IMG/VR virus record: IMGVR_UViG_3300030376_006915
Location: 1 to 43,584 of that record
Origin: a virus
Taxonomy: Duplodnaviria > Caudoviricetes
Length of the DNA: 43,584 nt
Direction: 5' to 3' (one strand)
Below are positions 1 to 7,367 of the stretch, piece by piece. The position numbers and the translations under genes were made by a program. The notes under the pieces were generated by a model. That model searched no databases and was not told where the DNA came from. It saw nothing but the letters and a program-made list of their open reading frames with translations. The number at the start of each line of letters is the position of its first letter. Position 1 is the stretch's first letter.

Positions 1-25
1 CTATACTGATATAATAAGTAAAAGC

Positions 26-70
26 GTGACAGTAGGGTGTTATTAATTATATTATACTACCTAACGTCAC
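26..70. promoter_or_regulatory. 45-bp dyad GTGACnnTAGG-N23(AT-rich)-CCTAnnGTCAC; candidate operator or origin site, copy 1
   Basis: Inverted arms at 26-36 and 60-70; a second copy with identical spacing lies at 4421-4465. Confidence 0.5.
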
Positions 71-158
71 ATTTTTCCTCTTTACTCACAGTAAGAGAAG
101 AAGCTTAATACCTGTACACTACTAATCTACACTTAAACAAAACTACTACTTTACCATT

Positions 159-190
159 ACGGGTCCAATACGGATTTACAATGATATTAT
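159..190 (+). promoter_or_regulatory. Phage early promoter-like motif ACG-N8-ACG-N9-TGATAW, copy 1
   Basis: ACG ggtccaat ACG gatttacaa TGATA ttat, upstream of the first ORF at 215. Confidence 0.7.
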
Positions 191-214
191 AAATGAACTA
201 AAAATAATAATAAT

Positions 215-391
215 ATGCAAAAAGTAAAAAAAGTAACTATTACTGCAATTAGTAGTTTTAGTATAGAAAAAATAAATAAAATATTAGAAAAACATCTGTG
301 GGATGGTAGTATATCATATGAATTAGATGATATAAATTGGACAATTGAAAAGACAAGTGAATCATATGATGACTACATAGAAAACTTATAA
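215..391 (+). CDS. Small hypothetical early protein (58 aa, MQKVKKVT...)
   Basis: Manually translated ATG..TAA ORF downstream of the promoter motif, A-rich leader. Confidence 0.6.
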   Translation: MQKVKKVTITAISSFSIEKINKILEKHLWDGSISYELDDINWTIEKTSESYDDYIENL

Positions 392-407
392 TTTAAAATA
401 AATAAAT

Positions 408-575
408 ATGTACATAAATTTCAATCAAATAGACCAATTAGAGAAAACTATCAATAGTATAGTAACATCAAACTTAGATGTAGATACTCACTTAGACCTT
501 AGGGAAAGTGAAAGAGAATATTACAGAAATGCAATAGTAAGTACAATAGATAAAATATTAAAATTAGAATTATGA
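408..575 (+). CDS. Small hypothetical early protein (55 aa, MYINFNQ...)
   Basis: Manual ORF; ATGA stop/start overlap with the next ORF. Confidence 0.6.
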   Translation: MYINFNQIDQLEKTINSIVTSNLDVDTHLDLRESEREYYRNAIVSTIDKILKLEL

Positions 576-691
576 GAAAAGAAGAATTATTAAACATAAT
601 AAAAACAAAAGACCTAATCATAAAAGAAATGCAAGAAAATATAGATGCGTTATGTGATAGATTAGAGGAATTAGAAAATGTAAATTATTAG
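572..691 (+). CDS. Small coiled-coil-like hypothetical protein (39 aa)
   Basis: Manual ORF MRKEELLNII...; ATGA coupling to the upstream ORF. Confidence 0.55.
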   Translation: MRKEELLNIIKTKDLIIKEMQENIDALCDRLEELENVNY

Positions 692-694
692 ATT

Positions 695-823
695 ATGATA
701 GTATATAGAAATGGTAAAGATGTAACCAGAGAAGTACTCGACCGTTCATACGAAAGAATGGGATATAAAAAGGTAAATGGTAAACTTGTTAAAATAGACA
801 ACGAGCCTGATACGAAACAGTAA
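695..823 (+). CDS. Small hypothetical protein (42 aa, MIVYRNGKDVTREV...)
   Basis: Manual ORF, tightly packed with its neighbours. Confidence 0.55.
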   Translation: MIVYRNGKDVTREVLDRSYERMGYKKVNGKLVKIDNEPDTKQ

Positions 824-831
824 TGATATAA
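801..831 (+). promoter_or_regulatory. Early promoter-like motif, copy 2
   Basis: ACG agcctgat ACG aaacagtaa TGATA taa. Confidence 0.7.
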
Positions 832-848
832 ATATAAATTAAATAATT

Positions 849-1031
849 ATGAAAAGCGAATTTGAAAAATACGTAACAGTATTAGACTTTGGTAACGGCG
901 ATGTTATGACATATCCTATAAATACGTGGGAAATGGATAGCGAAGCGCTTGAAACTGCAATAACAAAAATGGGCCATAACTTAACTAATTGTGAGTGGAT
1001 GGTGCATGATGAAATGCCAATAATTCATTAA
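849..1031 (+). CDS. Hypothetical early protein (60 aa)
   Basis: ORF track; directly downstream of a promoter motif. Confidence 0.7.
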   Translation: MKSEFEKYVTVLDFGNGDVMTYPINTWEMDSEALETAITKMGHNLTNCEWMVHDEMPIIH

Positions 1032-1032
1032 T

Positions 1033-1302
1033 ATGAAAACATTTGACAGACATAAAAAGAATTTAAGAGAAATAGACGGTAAAATCTACTCTTATGATAC
1101 ACACGTAGCAACAATAGTACGTGACACTCAATTTGAAGATGGACATATACTTCAACACGGGTGGTGGTCAGTGACTACACAAAGACATATAAATTATGTA
1201 GCGAACTACTATGATATACCTGTAATAAAAGAATATGAGCAAGCAGAGAAGCATACAGATGAATTAGCTGATAGATATTATAATATTATTAAAAAAATAT
1301 GA
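1033..1302 (+). CDS. Hypothetical phage protein (89 aa; IYSYxTHVA / WSVTTQRHIN motifs)
   Basis: ORF track; motif pattern resembles small early phage proteins. Confidence 0.75.
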   Translation: MKTFDRHKKNLREIDGKIYSYDTHVATIVRDTQFEDGHILQHGWWSVTTQRHINYVANYYDIPVIKEYEQAEKHTDELADRYYNIIKKI

Positions 1303-1451
1303 GTAAATATAAAAATTTAGCAGAACTTAATAGACTCGCTGACGAAATGTTTGCAGAGTTTGGATTTCACTCATTAACAGACGATGAGAAAGAAAAAGTA
1401 TTAACACACTATATAAGTAAATATTTAGACGATGGAATGGTATCAAAATAA
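1299..1451 (+). CDS. Small hypothetical protein (50 aa, MSKYKNLAELNRLADEMFAEFGF...)
   Basis: Manual ORF with ATGA overlap. Confidence 0.6.
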   Translation: MSKYKNLAELNRLADEMFAEFGFHSLTDDEKEKVLTHYISKYLDDGMVSK

Positions 1452-1578
1452 AATAGAGGGCGAATGTTATAACTGTGGCCATACAATATTAACATCAATT
1501 ATAAGTGATGATATATGCGGTGATATATGCCCAAGATGTGGTGAAGAGCAGATCGAAGCTGACACGATTGAGTATTGA
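1432..1578 (+). CDS. Small zinc-ribbon protein (48 aa; CYNC...CPRC)
   Basis: Manual translation MEWYQNKIEGECYNCGHT...ICPRCGEE with two CxxC pairs. Confidence 0.65.
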   Translation: MEWYQNKIEGECYNCGHTILTSIISDDICGDICPRCGEEQIEADTIEY

Positions 1579-1583
1579 TATAA
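1553..1583 (+). promoter_or_regulatory. Early promoter-like motif, copy 3 (first triplet TCG)
   Basis: TCG aagctgac ACG attgagtat TGATA taa. Confidence 0.65.
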
Positions 1584-1598
1584 AAGTAAATAATTAAT

Positions 1599-1727
1599 AT
1601 GAAACATTATCCAACTAAAAAGCAATTAAAAATACTTGACTCAACTGAATTAATTGAAATAATTCAAGAGCTCAAAAGTGAAGTTAAAAGAATGAATAAA
1701 TTTACATACTGGACTAAATTAGATTAA
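1599..1727 (+). CDS. Small hypothetical protein (42 aa, MKHYPTKKQL...)
   Basis: Manual ORF downstream of a promoter motif. Confidence 0.55.
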   Translation: MKHYPTKKQLKILDSTELIEIIQELKSEVKRMNKFTYWTKLD

Positions 1728-1728
1728 T

Positions 1729-2097
1729 ATGACAAGCAATAATATAAAAGAGTGGCTATCTGAAGCAGAGCAAGCCGCTAAAGACTACCAAGAAGATTGT
1801 ATTGACACGATCGTTACTGATATAAATTGGGAACTAATGAGTAATGACTACGAGTTTGAAGACCATTATATAGGTGAACACATACACGAGTACTGTGAAA
1901 CAAAAGTAATATATAACTATGACTGTAAAAAAATTATAGATGAATTAAGTTATGATGTGTTTGCTGATGACCCTATGACAGGACAAAGAGCTAATAGTTT
2001 AGCGCAAGCGGCTTATTTAGCTTTAGAAGGCGCTTTATATGGCGTTGATATTGAAACAATAATAAAAAGTAAATTAAACCTTAATAAAGATGGATAG
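1729..2097 (+). CDS. Acidic Ocr-like (T7 gp0.3-like) DNA-mimic / anti-restriction candidate
   Basis: 122 aa with 26 D/E versus 9 K/R; EHIHEYCETKVIYNYDCKKII resembles Ocr [22 protein letters not shown]; early-region position. Confidence 0.5.
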   Translation: MTSNNIKEWLSEAEQAAKDYQEDCIDTIVTDINWELMSNDYEFEDHYIGEHIHEYCETKVIYNYDCKKIIDELSYDVFADDPMTGQRANSLAQAAYLALEGALYGVDIETIIKSKLNLNKDG

Positions 2098-2320
2098 AGA
2101 GTTAATAGATATGGATATTAAAGAGGCAATGAAAAAAGTAATTGACACTTTAGAAAATCATAACACGGATGCGTGGAAACCTGATGGTTATTTAGACGGT
2201 AGAATACACGACTTAATACAGGATGCGGTAGTAAGTGCTATACACTCCATTGCTGATGACCTAAGTTATAAGTTTAAGTTGGGTGGCTACGCAAACGAAC
2301 CCGACACGAAAGATGAATGA
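2090..2320 (+). CDS. Hypothetical protein (76 aa)
   Basis: ORF track; overlaps the upstream stop. Confidence 0.7.
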   Translation: MDRELIDMDIKEAMKKVIDTLENHNTDAWKPDGYLDGRIHDLIQDAVVSAIHSIADDLSYKFKLGGYANEPDTKDE

Positions 2321-2326
2321 TATTAT
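2295..2326 (+). promoter_or_regulatory. Early promoter-like motif, copy 4 (upstream of the structured RNA and tRNA)
   Basis: ACG aacccgac ACG aaagatgaa TGATA ttat. Confidence 0.7.
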
Positions 2327-2346
2327 ATATGTAGTGATTTCATAAT

Positions 2347-2415
2347 GAGTAAATGTCTGGCGGCGTGAAGCAAAACGGTGATATAAAAAGGTAATGCCAG
2401 ATTCACCCTTTACTC
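2347..2415 (+). ncRNA. Putative structured RNA of unknown family in the tRNA leader
   Basis: GAGTAAA(2347-53)/TTTACTC(2409-15) and TCTGGC(2356-61)/GCCAGA(2396-2401) stems; GGTGA/TCACC possible pseudoknot; non-coding gap. Confidence 0.35.
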
Positions 2416-2424
2416 TAATAATAT

Positions 2425-2496
2425 AGCGACGTGGAGAAGTGGTATCTTGCTGGGCTCATAACCCAGAGGTCGGCGGTTCGAGTCCGCCCGTCGCAA
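2425..2496 (+). tRNA. tRNA-Met(CAT), initiator (fMet) type; CCA not encoded
   Basis: Full cloverleaf; anticodon CAT at 2457-2459; three consecutive G-C pairs in the anticodon stem (CTGGG/CCCAG); unpaired 1:72 (A:A); A11:U24; T arm GGCGG-TTCGAGT-CCGCC. Confidence 0.95.
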
Positions 2497-2498
2497 CT

Positions 2499-2738
2499 AT
2501 GAGAAAAGTAAGTAAAGAAGTTTTACTAATAGATAGTAAAGCAATAAAACAAATCTCGTATGATCGAGAAAAAAGAATATTACTAGTGTTGTTTCAAAAT
2601 GGCACTATGTATTCATATTGGAAAGTACATGTACGTACATTTCAACGGTTGCGTAATAGCTACTCGATAGGAAAGTTTTATAACAGGAATATAAAAAACA
2701 AATACAGCCACACAAAACAAACAGTAAAAGTAATATAA
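2499..2738 (+). CDS. KTSC domain protein (79 aa)
   Basis: SKAIKQISYD...LLVLFQNGTMYSYWKV...F..L..S.SIGKFYNRNIK matches the KTSC pattern; start moved to ATG 2499 because the track start lies inside the tRNA. Confidence 0.8.
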   Translation: MRKVSKEVLLIDSKAIKQISYDREKRILLVLFQNGTMYSYWKVHVRTFQRLRNSYSIGKFYNRNIKNKYSHTKQTVKVI

Positions 2739-3043
2739 TGGTCAGTAATAAATTACCTCTTCGTGATAATCAGCTTATTCTAAACGCATTTGAAAACGAT
2801 ATAGACGCATTTAAAAGCATGATGGAGTCTTGTTATTGTTACGGAGGATTAACTAAAACCAATAAATACATTTTAGAGTTTAAAGAAACTTTAGGAGAAG
2901 CTACGTGGACCGTAGTTTATAATGATTACAGTAAATGGTTAAAAGATAACTATACTGTAGAGCATAATGTTGGTAGAGATAACGAGGGTTTAACATATAA
3001 TAGATTGATACCACGCCTAGATAATAGGAATAATAATATATGA
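2738..3043 (+). CDS. Hypothetical protein (101 aa)
   Basis: ORF track; TAATG coupling. Confidence 0.7.
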   Translation: MVSNKLPLRDNQLILNAFENDIDAFKSMMESCYCYGGLTKTNKYILEFKETLGEATWTVVYNDYSKWLKDNYTVEHNVGRDNEGLTYNRLIPRLDNRNNNI

Positions 3044-3345
3044 AAGCAGAAGATTTTGGGTTTACCAGTGAAGAACTGGATGAAATAGATAACATAGCAG
3101 CTGAATTTTTTAAAGACGAGTACTTTAGAGAAGAAAGAGCTGGTTATACTATGACAATTTATGAGTTGGTTGATCTAATTCACACAAAACTACATCACGA
3201 TGAAACTACACTTATTAACGAAAAGCTAGATTTACTTGATAAGTTCCACCAAAATAAGTATATTCGTGCTGTAATCTACACTTCACTAGTACAGATTAGC
3301 AAAACTATTTACGAACACTATCTTAAAAATAAGTATGGAAAATGA
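3040..3345 (+). CDS. Hypothetical protein (101 aa)
   Basis: ORF track; ATGA coupling. Confidence 0.7.
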   Translation: MKAEDFGFTSEELDEIDNIAAEFFKDEYFREERAGYTMTIYELVDLIHTKLHHDETTLINEKLDLLDKFHQNKYIRAVIYTSLVQISKTIYEHYLKNKYGK

Positions 3346-3508
3346 TACGCGAGAATGCGTTATCTGCCATCACTCATTTCAGGGTAGAGGCCATAATCCT
3401 TTTCCAGTTAAAGAAGAAGGAGAATGTTGTGGAGGGTGTAACAACGCTATAGTTATACCACACCGCATTGCACTATACACTGAAATCGGTGGTAGTTTAA
3501 GGTTTTAA
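3335..3508 (+). CDS. Small Zn-finger-like protein (57 aa; CVIC...GHNPFP...CCGGCN...VIPHR)
   Basis: Manual translation; Cys pattern. Confidence 0.7.
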   Translation: MENDTRECVICHHSFQGRGHNPFPVKEEGECCGGCNNAIVIPHRIALYTEIGGSLRF

Positions 3509-3531
3509 TGTCACACGACAATAGTATGCTA

Positions 3532-3563
3532 ACGGACCCAACACGGATACCGAATGATATTAT
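3532..3563 (+). promoter_or_regulatory. Early promoter-like motif, copy 5 (upstream of the operon containing the sigma gene)
   Basis: ACG gacccaac ACG gataccgaa TGATA ttat. Confidence 0.7.
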
Positions 3564-3581
3564 ATACAAATAAAGTAAAAT

Positions 3582-3767
3582 ATGAAAAAAAGTAAAAATT
3601 CAAGCAGTATGCTTACAGATGCGCTACTTAATATAGTAGCTGAAAAACACTTCGATAAGAAGTTTGACAAGCTCGATATGTTTCAAAAAAACTATTGTGC
3701 TAAGTATGTATTAAATTACATTAATGAGACTGACGCACTTAAACCTGTAACTGAAATAGAATTATGA
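3582..3767 (+). CDS. Hypothetical protein (61 aa)
   Basis: ORF track. Confidence 0.65.
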   Translation: MKKSKNSSSMLTDALLNIVAEKHFDKKFDKLDMFQKNYCAKYVLNYINETDALKPVTEIEL

Positions 3768-4201
3768 GTTACGCAGATACACCAATACACGAATTACCTA
3801 CGCCTCACGATTATGTGAAAGCAATTGAAGATTACTTTGGTACTGAGGTAATTGTAACAGATGATATATACAGTGGCAAGCTTACGGGTTGGGCAATTTA
3901 TATAACAGAAGAAACAATGGATGGTACGCTCTTGCACTATGCTACAAACAATACGTCTAAGTGTACTTACATTGGTAATATGACTAATGATCCCCAAGAT
4001 CTTTGGGACGAATTAGAGTCAGATATTAAAGGAGGCTACAAAGTAGCTATTCATACATGGTTTGCCGATGAGCTCCAAAGTGGTGGCACCGCTCAAGCTA
4101 TTTGTGAAGAAGTCTGGGATTACGCTTGTGATGAATCTCGTCATGACGCTGAAAAGAAAGCTAAGTTAAACTTAAGTAATATTGAAGTAAATGAAGATTA
4201 A
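3764..4201 (+). CDS. Acidic hypothetical protein (145 aa)
   Basis: ORF track; ATGA coupling. Confidence 0.7.
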   Translation: MSYADTPIHELPTPHDYVKAIEDYFGTEVIVTDDIYSGKLTGWAIYITEETMDGTLLHYATNNTSKCTYIGNMTNDPQDLWDELESDIKGGYKVAIHTWFADELQSGGTAQAICEEVWDYACDESRHDAEKKAKLNLSNIEVNED

Positions 4202-4424
4202 CTTTACACCCTCGCCTGTTGCAATGCTTTTCAATAAACGAAAGGCAAAGCACAGAGCGTATGTAGGATCTCGCGTATGGGAACTGCATGATGAAATTAG
4301 CTGTATAACATTTAATCTGGATAAAATGCCGGATGCTGACGCGAATGAAATAATTGATGAAATCAAAAATAAATTGTGGTTTTTAAGAAAATATCAGCGT
4401 TATTACAGGTTATTAATAACGTGA
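4191..4424 (+). CDS. Hypothetical protein (77 aa)
   Basis: ORF track. Confidence 0.65.
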   Translation: MKINFTPSPVAMLFNKRKAKHRAYVGSRVWELHDEISCITFNLDKMPDADANEIIDEIKNKLWFLRKYQRYYRLLIT

Positions 4425-4465
4425 CAATAGGTACAATAATTAATATAGTAGCACGCAAATGTCGC
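4421..4465. promoter_or_regulatory. 45-bp dyad, copy 2, overlapping the start codon of the HTH gene
   Basis: GTGACaaTAGG...GCAAatGTCGC with the same spacing as 26-70. Confidence 0.5.
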
Positions 4466-5133
4466 ACGAAAGAAACCTTGATTATTTAAATAAACACAGA
4501 ATAGTTTATAGGAGAGATCCTATCTTTGATGAACCAAATGAAGAAACAAAAGAATATAAACTTTATACAAACGGTACTCACGAGTGTTATGAACTGTTTA
4601 GAAGTAAAGCTAAAATAACTTCTTTTAAATCTTTAAAGTGGCATTTGCTTGTGCTATGGTATTTAAATGATCACATAACAAAAAGTATGTTTTTAAAATT
4701 AGGAAAGCACATTACTAACAAGTCAAACGGATTTATTACATTCGTAATAGATGAGGACAGATTAGTAAACATAGTTGAAAGCCTGTGGTCAAAAGATTTA
4801 GACAAACCTCCTAAGAATAGATTAAGAAAAATTATATTCAAAGATAGTTGCAAACTTGATCGTATTGAAAAGCTTAAGCTTGTAGGTAAAGTATTAGGGC
4901 GAGGAAAGAAAGCAAGTGAAAGCGATATGTATGAAGCAATGCTATACATGCACGACGTAGGTAAAAAAATTACCGTTAAATCTTTAGCTACACAACTACA
5001 AGTAACTACACGTACCATTTTTAGGAACATGAGTAGCTCTTTAAAAGAGGAGAAGCAAAGATTAAACGATGAAACATTACAGTGTAAAAAACTACATACG
5101 TTACAAAGAACAGTTAACAGAAAGGTTATTTGA
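4459..5133 (+). CDS. DNA-binding protein with C-terminal helix-turn-helix (possible replication initiator or regulator)
   Basis: KITVKSLATQLQVTTRTIFRNM is HTH-like; basic protein. Confidence 0.65.
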   Translation: MSHERNLDYLNKHRIVYRRDPIFDEPNEETKEYKLYTNGTHECYELFRSKAKITSFKSLKWHLLVLWYLNDHITKSMFLKLGKHITNKSNGFITFVIDEDRLVNIVESLWSKDLDKPPKNRLRKIIFKDSCKLDRIEKLKLVGKVLGRGKKASESDMYEAMLYMHDVGKKITVKSLATQLQVTTRTIFRNMSSSLKEEKQRLNDETLQCKKLHTLQRTVNRKVI

Positions 5134-5830
5134 AGAATGTTGCAACTCCGAAACATCACGAGAAGATTTAATAGAATGCGCAAGACCTCTAGTCGAAGCG
5201 GTAGCATGGAAGTTTGTACTAACGTACCAAGCGTCGGGAGTGATGTCGATACTAGATCTAATACAGGAAGGTACAATAGGTTTGATAAACGCCGTAGACA
5301 GAATAGATTGGGACAAGGTTTATGGGACAGCGAAACCGGGAGAAGAACCACTTATGGTAAAAGGTTTTTTGAAGAAAAGAATAAAAGGTTCAATAAGAAG
5401 GGCGATCGATATAAACAGGGGAAGCATGAGGATACCGGAGCACAGGTTAAACGAAATCAGGAAGAACAGCAGCAACAAGGAAATGGTAAAAGTATTTTTC
5501 GACAGTATCTTTGTAAGTCTAGACGTCAACACTTCTACAGACGCAAATATTTTATTACAAATTCCAGACAACTCTACTACGTACAACATAAATATTTTAA
5601 ATCAATACTTAATGGGGTTAATGAGATTATATTTAACAGAAACAGAGTACAACGTACTGCGAATGAGTTATGGTTTAGATTGCGACAAGCTAAGCGCAAA
5701 AGAAATATCAGAAAAGCTGGGTATAAAAGGCTCAGCATCTTACGTAAGAGTATCACAAATAAAAAAAGACGGGATCGACAAACTAATAAAAAACGTTGAA
5801 CCAGAACAGGTTGTTGATTATTTAAGTTAA
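5069..5830 (+). CDS. Phage RNA polymerase sigma-70 family factor
   Basis: Region 2 (PLVEAVAWKF...LDLIQEGTIGLINAVDRID...IKGSIRRAI, MRIPEH) and region 4 (LTETEYNVLRMSYGL...SAKEISEKLGI...RVSQIKKDGIDKL). Confidence 0.9.
   Translation: MKHYSVKNYIRYKEQLTERLFEECCNSETSREDLIECARPLVEAVAWKFVLTYQASGVMSILDLIQEGTIGLINAVDRIDWDKVYGTAKPGEEPLMVKGFLKKRIKGSIRRAIDINRGSMRIPEHRLNEIRKNSSNKEMVKVFFDSIFVSLDVNTSTDANILLQIPDNSTTYNINILNQYLMGLMRLYLTETEYNVLRMSYGLDCDKLSAKEISEKLGIKGSASYVRVSQIKKDGIDKLIKNVEPEQVVDYLS
5137..5799 (+). CDS. Possible overprinted basic protein (220 aa), in frame with 4459-5133 after a single TGA
   Basis: 220 stop-free codons in the -1 frame of an AT-rich gene. Confidence 0.3.
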   Translation: MLQLRNITRRFNRMRKTSSRSGSMEVCTNVPSVGSDVDTRSNTGRYNRFDKRRRQNRLGQGLWDSETGRRTTYGKRFFEEKNKRFNKKGDRYKQGKHEDTGAQVKRNQEEQQQQGNGKSIFRQYLCKSRRQHFYRRKYFITNSRQLYYVQHKYFKSILNGVNEIIFNRNRVQRTANELWFRLRQAKRKRNIRKAGYKRLSILRKSITNKKRRDRQTNKKR

Positions 5831-5831
5831 C

Positions 5832-5863
5832 ACGAGCCGAACACGAGTATAAGTTGATATATA
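5832..5863 (+). promoter_or_regulatory. Early promoter-like motif, copy 6
   Basis: ACG agccgaac ACG agtataagt TGATA tata, ending just before ATG 5868. Confidence 0.7.
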
Positions 5864-5867
5864 AAAC

Positions 5868-6281
5868 ATGACAAAGAGCGAATTACTTAATGAGTTATAC
5901 AAAAAGTATGGTCTTGATAAAGAAGATACTTTTAGGAGTCCACAAGGTTGGACTATAATTACAAGAGCAGGTATTGATAAAATACAAGCTCAAGCGGATA
6001 TTGATATTACATTTGATTGTATAGAATATACTCCGGGTGTTTCAGCTGCTGTAAAAGCTTCTGCTGAGTGGAATAGTAGAAAACTAGAAACTTATGGTGA
6101 AGCAAACGAAAAAAATTGCAGACAAAGTTATGTCCTTGCAATGGCTGAAAAGAGGGCTATGTCAAGAATTACCCTTAAATTAACAGGATTTTACGCGCTA
6201 GGAGCGTTTGGTGAAGATGAATCAGATGATTTTAAAAAGCCAAGGCAAGCAACGCCAGATCATGTTAAAATGACTTTATAA
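5868..6281 (+). CDS. Putative single-strand annealing protein (Rad52/Sak/Red-beta-like)
   Basis: IITRAG and AMAEKRAMSR motifs; translationally coupled to the exonuclease, with SSB next; the family call is inference. Confidence 0.5.
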   Translation: MTKSELLNELYKKYGLDKEDTFRSPQGWTIITRAGIDKIQAQADIDITFDCIEYTPGVSAAVKASAEWNSRKLETYGEANEKNCRQSYVLAMAEKRAMSRITLKLTGFYALGAFGEDESDDFKKPRQATPDHVKMTL

Positions 6282-7012
6282 TGCAAAGACACAAAATTCT
6301 TAAAATGCTTGAAGACGACGACCAATATTATAATGGTATTGGCCGTGAGTTTTTAAGTAATTCAAATATACAAATATTACAAAACGACCCTACTAAACTA
6401 AGGGAGCCTACGCCAAATCATGTAAATTTCGTGATTGGAAGGTATGTTCACACCGCAATACTCGAACCAAATAAATTAAAAAATTTTAAAATTATAGAGT
6501 CGAGTACACGAAATACAAAAAAATACAGAGAACTATCTGAAGGTGAAATATGTTTACTTCAACATGAAGTTGATAAGATTGAAAACATGGTTGAAAAGAT
6601 AGAAAAAAATAAATACTTTGGCGAATTAATTTCAGGAATGAATATTGAATATGAAGTTCCTAATATTATGCAGATAGAGGATTTATGGTGGAAATGCAAA
6701 GCTGATATTGTAAACCACGACGACAAGCTTATCGTTGATTTAAAAACGACAAGTGATATTAATTTATTCAAACCAAGATGTAAAAAATATAACTATGACA
6801 GTCAGGCTTTTATATACTCCTCTATGTTCGGTTATGAATTTTTATTTTTAGTAATTGACAAGAATACATTAAAGACAGGTATCTTTGAATGCTCTACTGA
6901 GTTTTACGAATCGGGTCAACGTAAAGTAAAGGAAGCAGCTGATACTTATAAGCTGTTTTACGAAACAGAGAACTTTGACCCTAACCAATATTTTATAACC
7001 AAAACATTATAA
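6281..7012 (+). CDS. PD-(D/E)XK exonuclease, RecE/exonuclease VIII (DUF3799-like)
   Basis: LSNS, GRYVHTAILEP, KCKADIV, IVDLKTT and YNYDSQAFIY motifs. Confidence 0.85.
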   Translation: MQRHKILKMLEDDDQYYNGIGREFLSNSNIQILQNDPTKLREPTPNHVNFVIGRYVHTAILEPNKLKNFKIIESSTRNTKKYRELSEGEICLLQHEVDKIENMVEKIEKNKYFGELISGMNIEYEVPNIMQIEDLWWKCKADIVNHDDKLIVDLKTTSDINLFKPRCKKYNYDSQAFIYSSMFGYEFLFLVIDKNTLKTGIFECSTEFYESGQRKVKEAADTYKLFYETENFDPNQYFITKTL

Positions 7013-7013
7013 T

Positions 7014-7334
7014 ATGGCAGGAATTTTAAAAGGAAACCTAGATGTTACCAAAATACCAAAGGATAAAATCTATAATGGTAAAAAGGGTAAATACATTCCA
7101 GTCGTTGTTGCAATCAATAACGAAATGGATCAGTTTGGAAACAACGGTTCTGTAACCGTAGACCAATCAAAAGAAGAACGAGAAGCGAAAGAACCTAAAG
7201 TTTATTTAGGTAATATCAAAGTCGTTTGGACTGACGGAGAAGCTATGCCCGCCGCACAACAGCAGGGGCAGTCACAATCCGCGCCTGTAGCACAGGCAGC
7301 TACTGCACCAACAGATGATGATCTTCCGTTTTAA
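7014..7334 (+). CDS. ssb: Putative single-stranded DNA-binding protein
   Basis: Q/A/P-rich linker and acidic DDDLPF C-terminal tip; located in the recombination/replication block. Confidence 0.65.
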   Translation: MAGILKGNLDVTKIPKDKIYNGKKGKYIPVVVAINNEMDQFGNNGSVTVDQSKEEREAKEPKVYLGNIKVVWTDGEAMPAAQQQGQSQSAPVAQAATAPTDDDLPF

Positions 7335-7336
7335 AT

Positions 7337-7367
7337 ACGGGCTCAACACGAAGCAGTAATGATATAA
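7337..7367 (+). promoter_or_regulatory. Early promoter-like motif, copy 7
   Basis: ACG ggctcaac ACG aagcagtaa TGATA taa, upstream of the primase-helicase. Confidence 0.7.

Noticed and set aside
1796-1826. Partial promoter motif GACACG-N8-TGATATAAA inside the Ocr-like gene
   Set aside because: It lacks the first ACG, the spacer is 8 rather than 9, and it is intragenic; not counted among the eight copies.
2352-2370. TGTCTGGCGG resembling the 5' part of a ZTP (pfl) riboswitch
   Set aside because: The downstream GCCTGGGC pseudoknot hairpin and other conserved elements are absent.
2439-2498. N-terminal extension MVSCWAHNPEVGGSSPPVAT of ORF 2439-2738
   Set aside because: This is the tRNA sequence translated; the real start is ATG 2499.
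4671-5351. 226-aa antisense ORF
   Set aside because: L/S/F-rich shadow of K/E-rich sense genes on the wrong strand for this arm, with no motifs; long antisense ORFs are common in this window.
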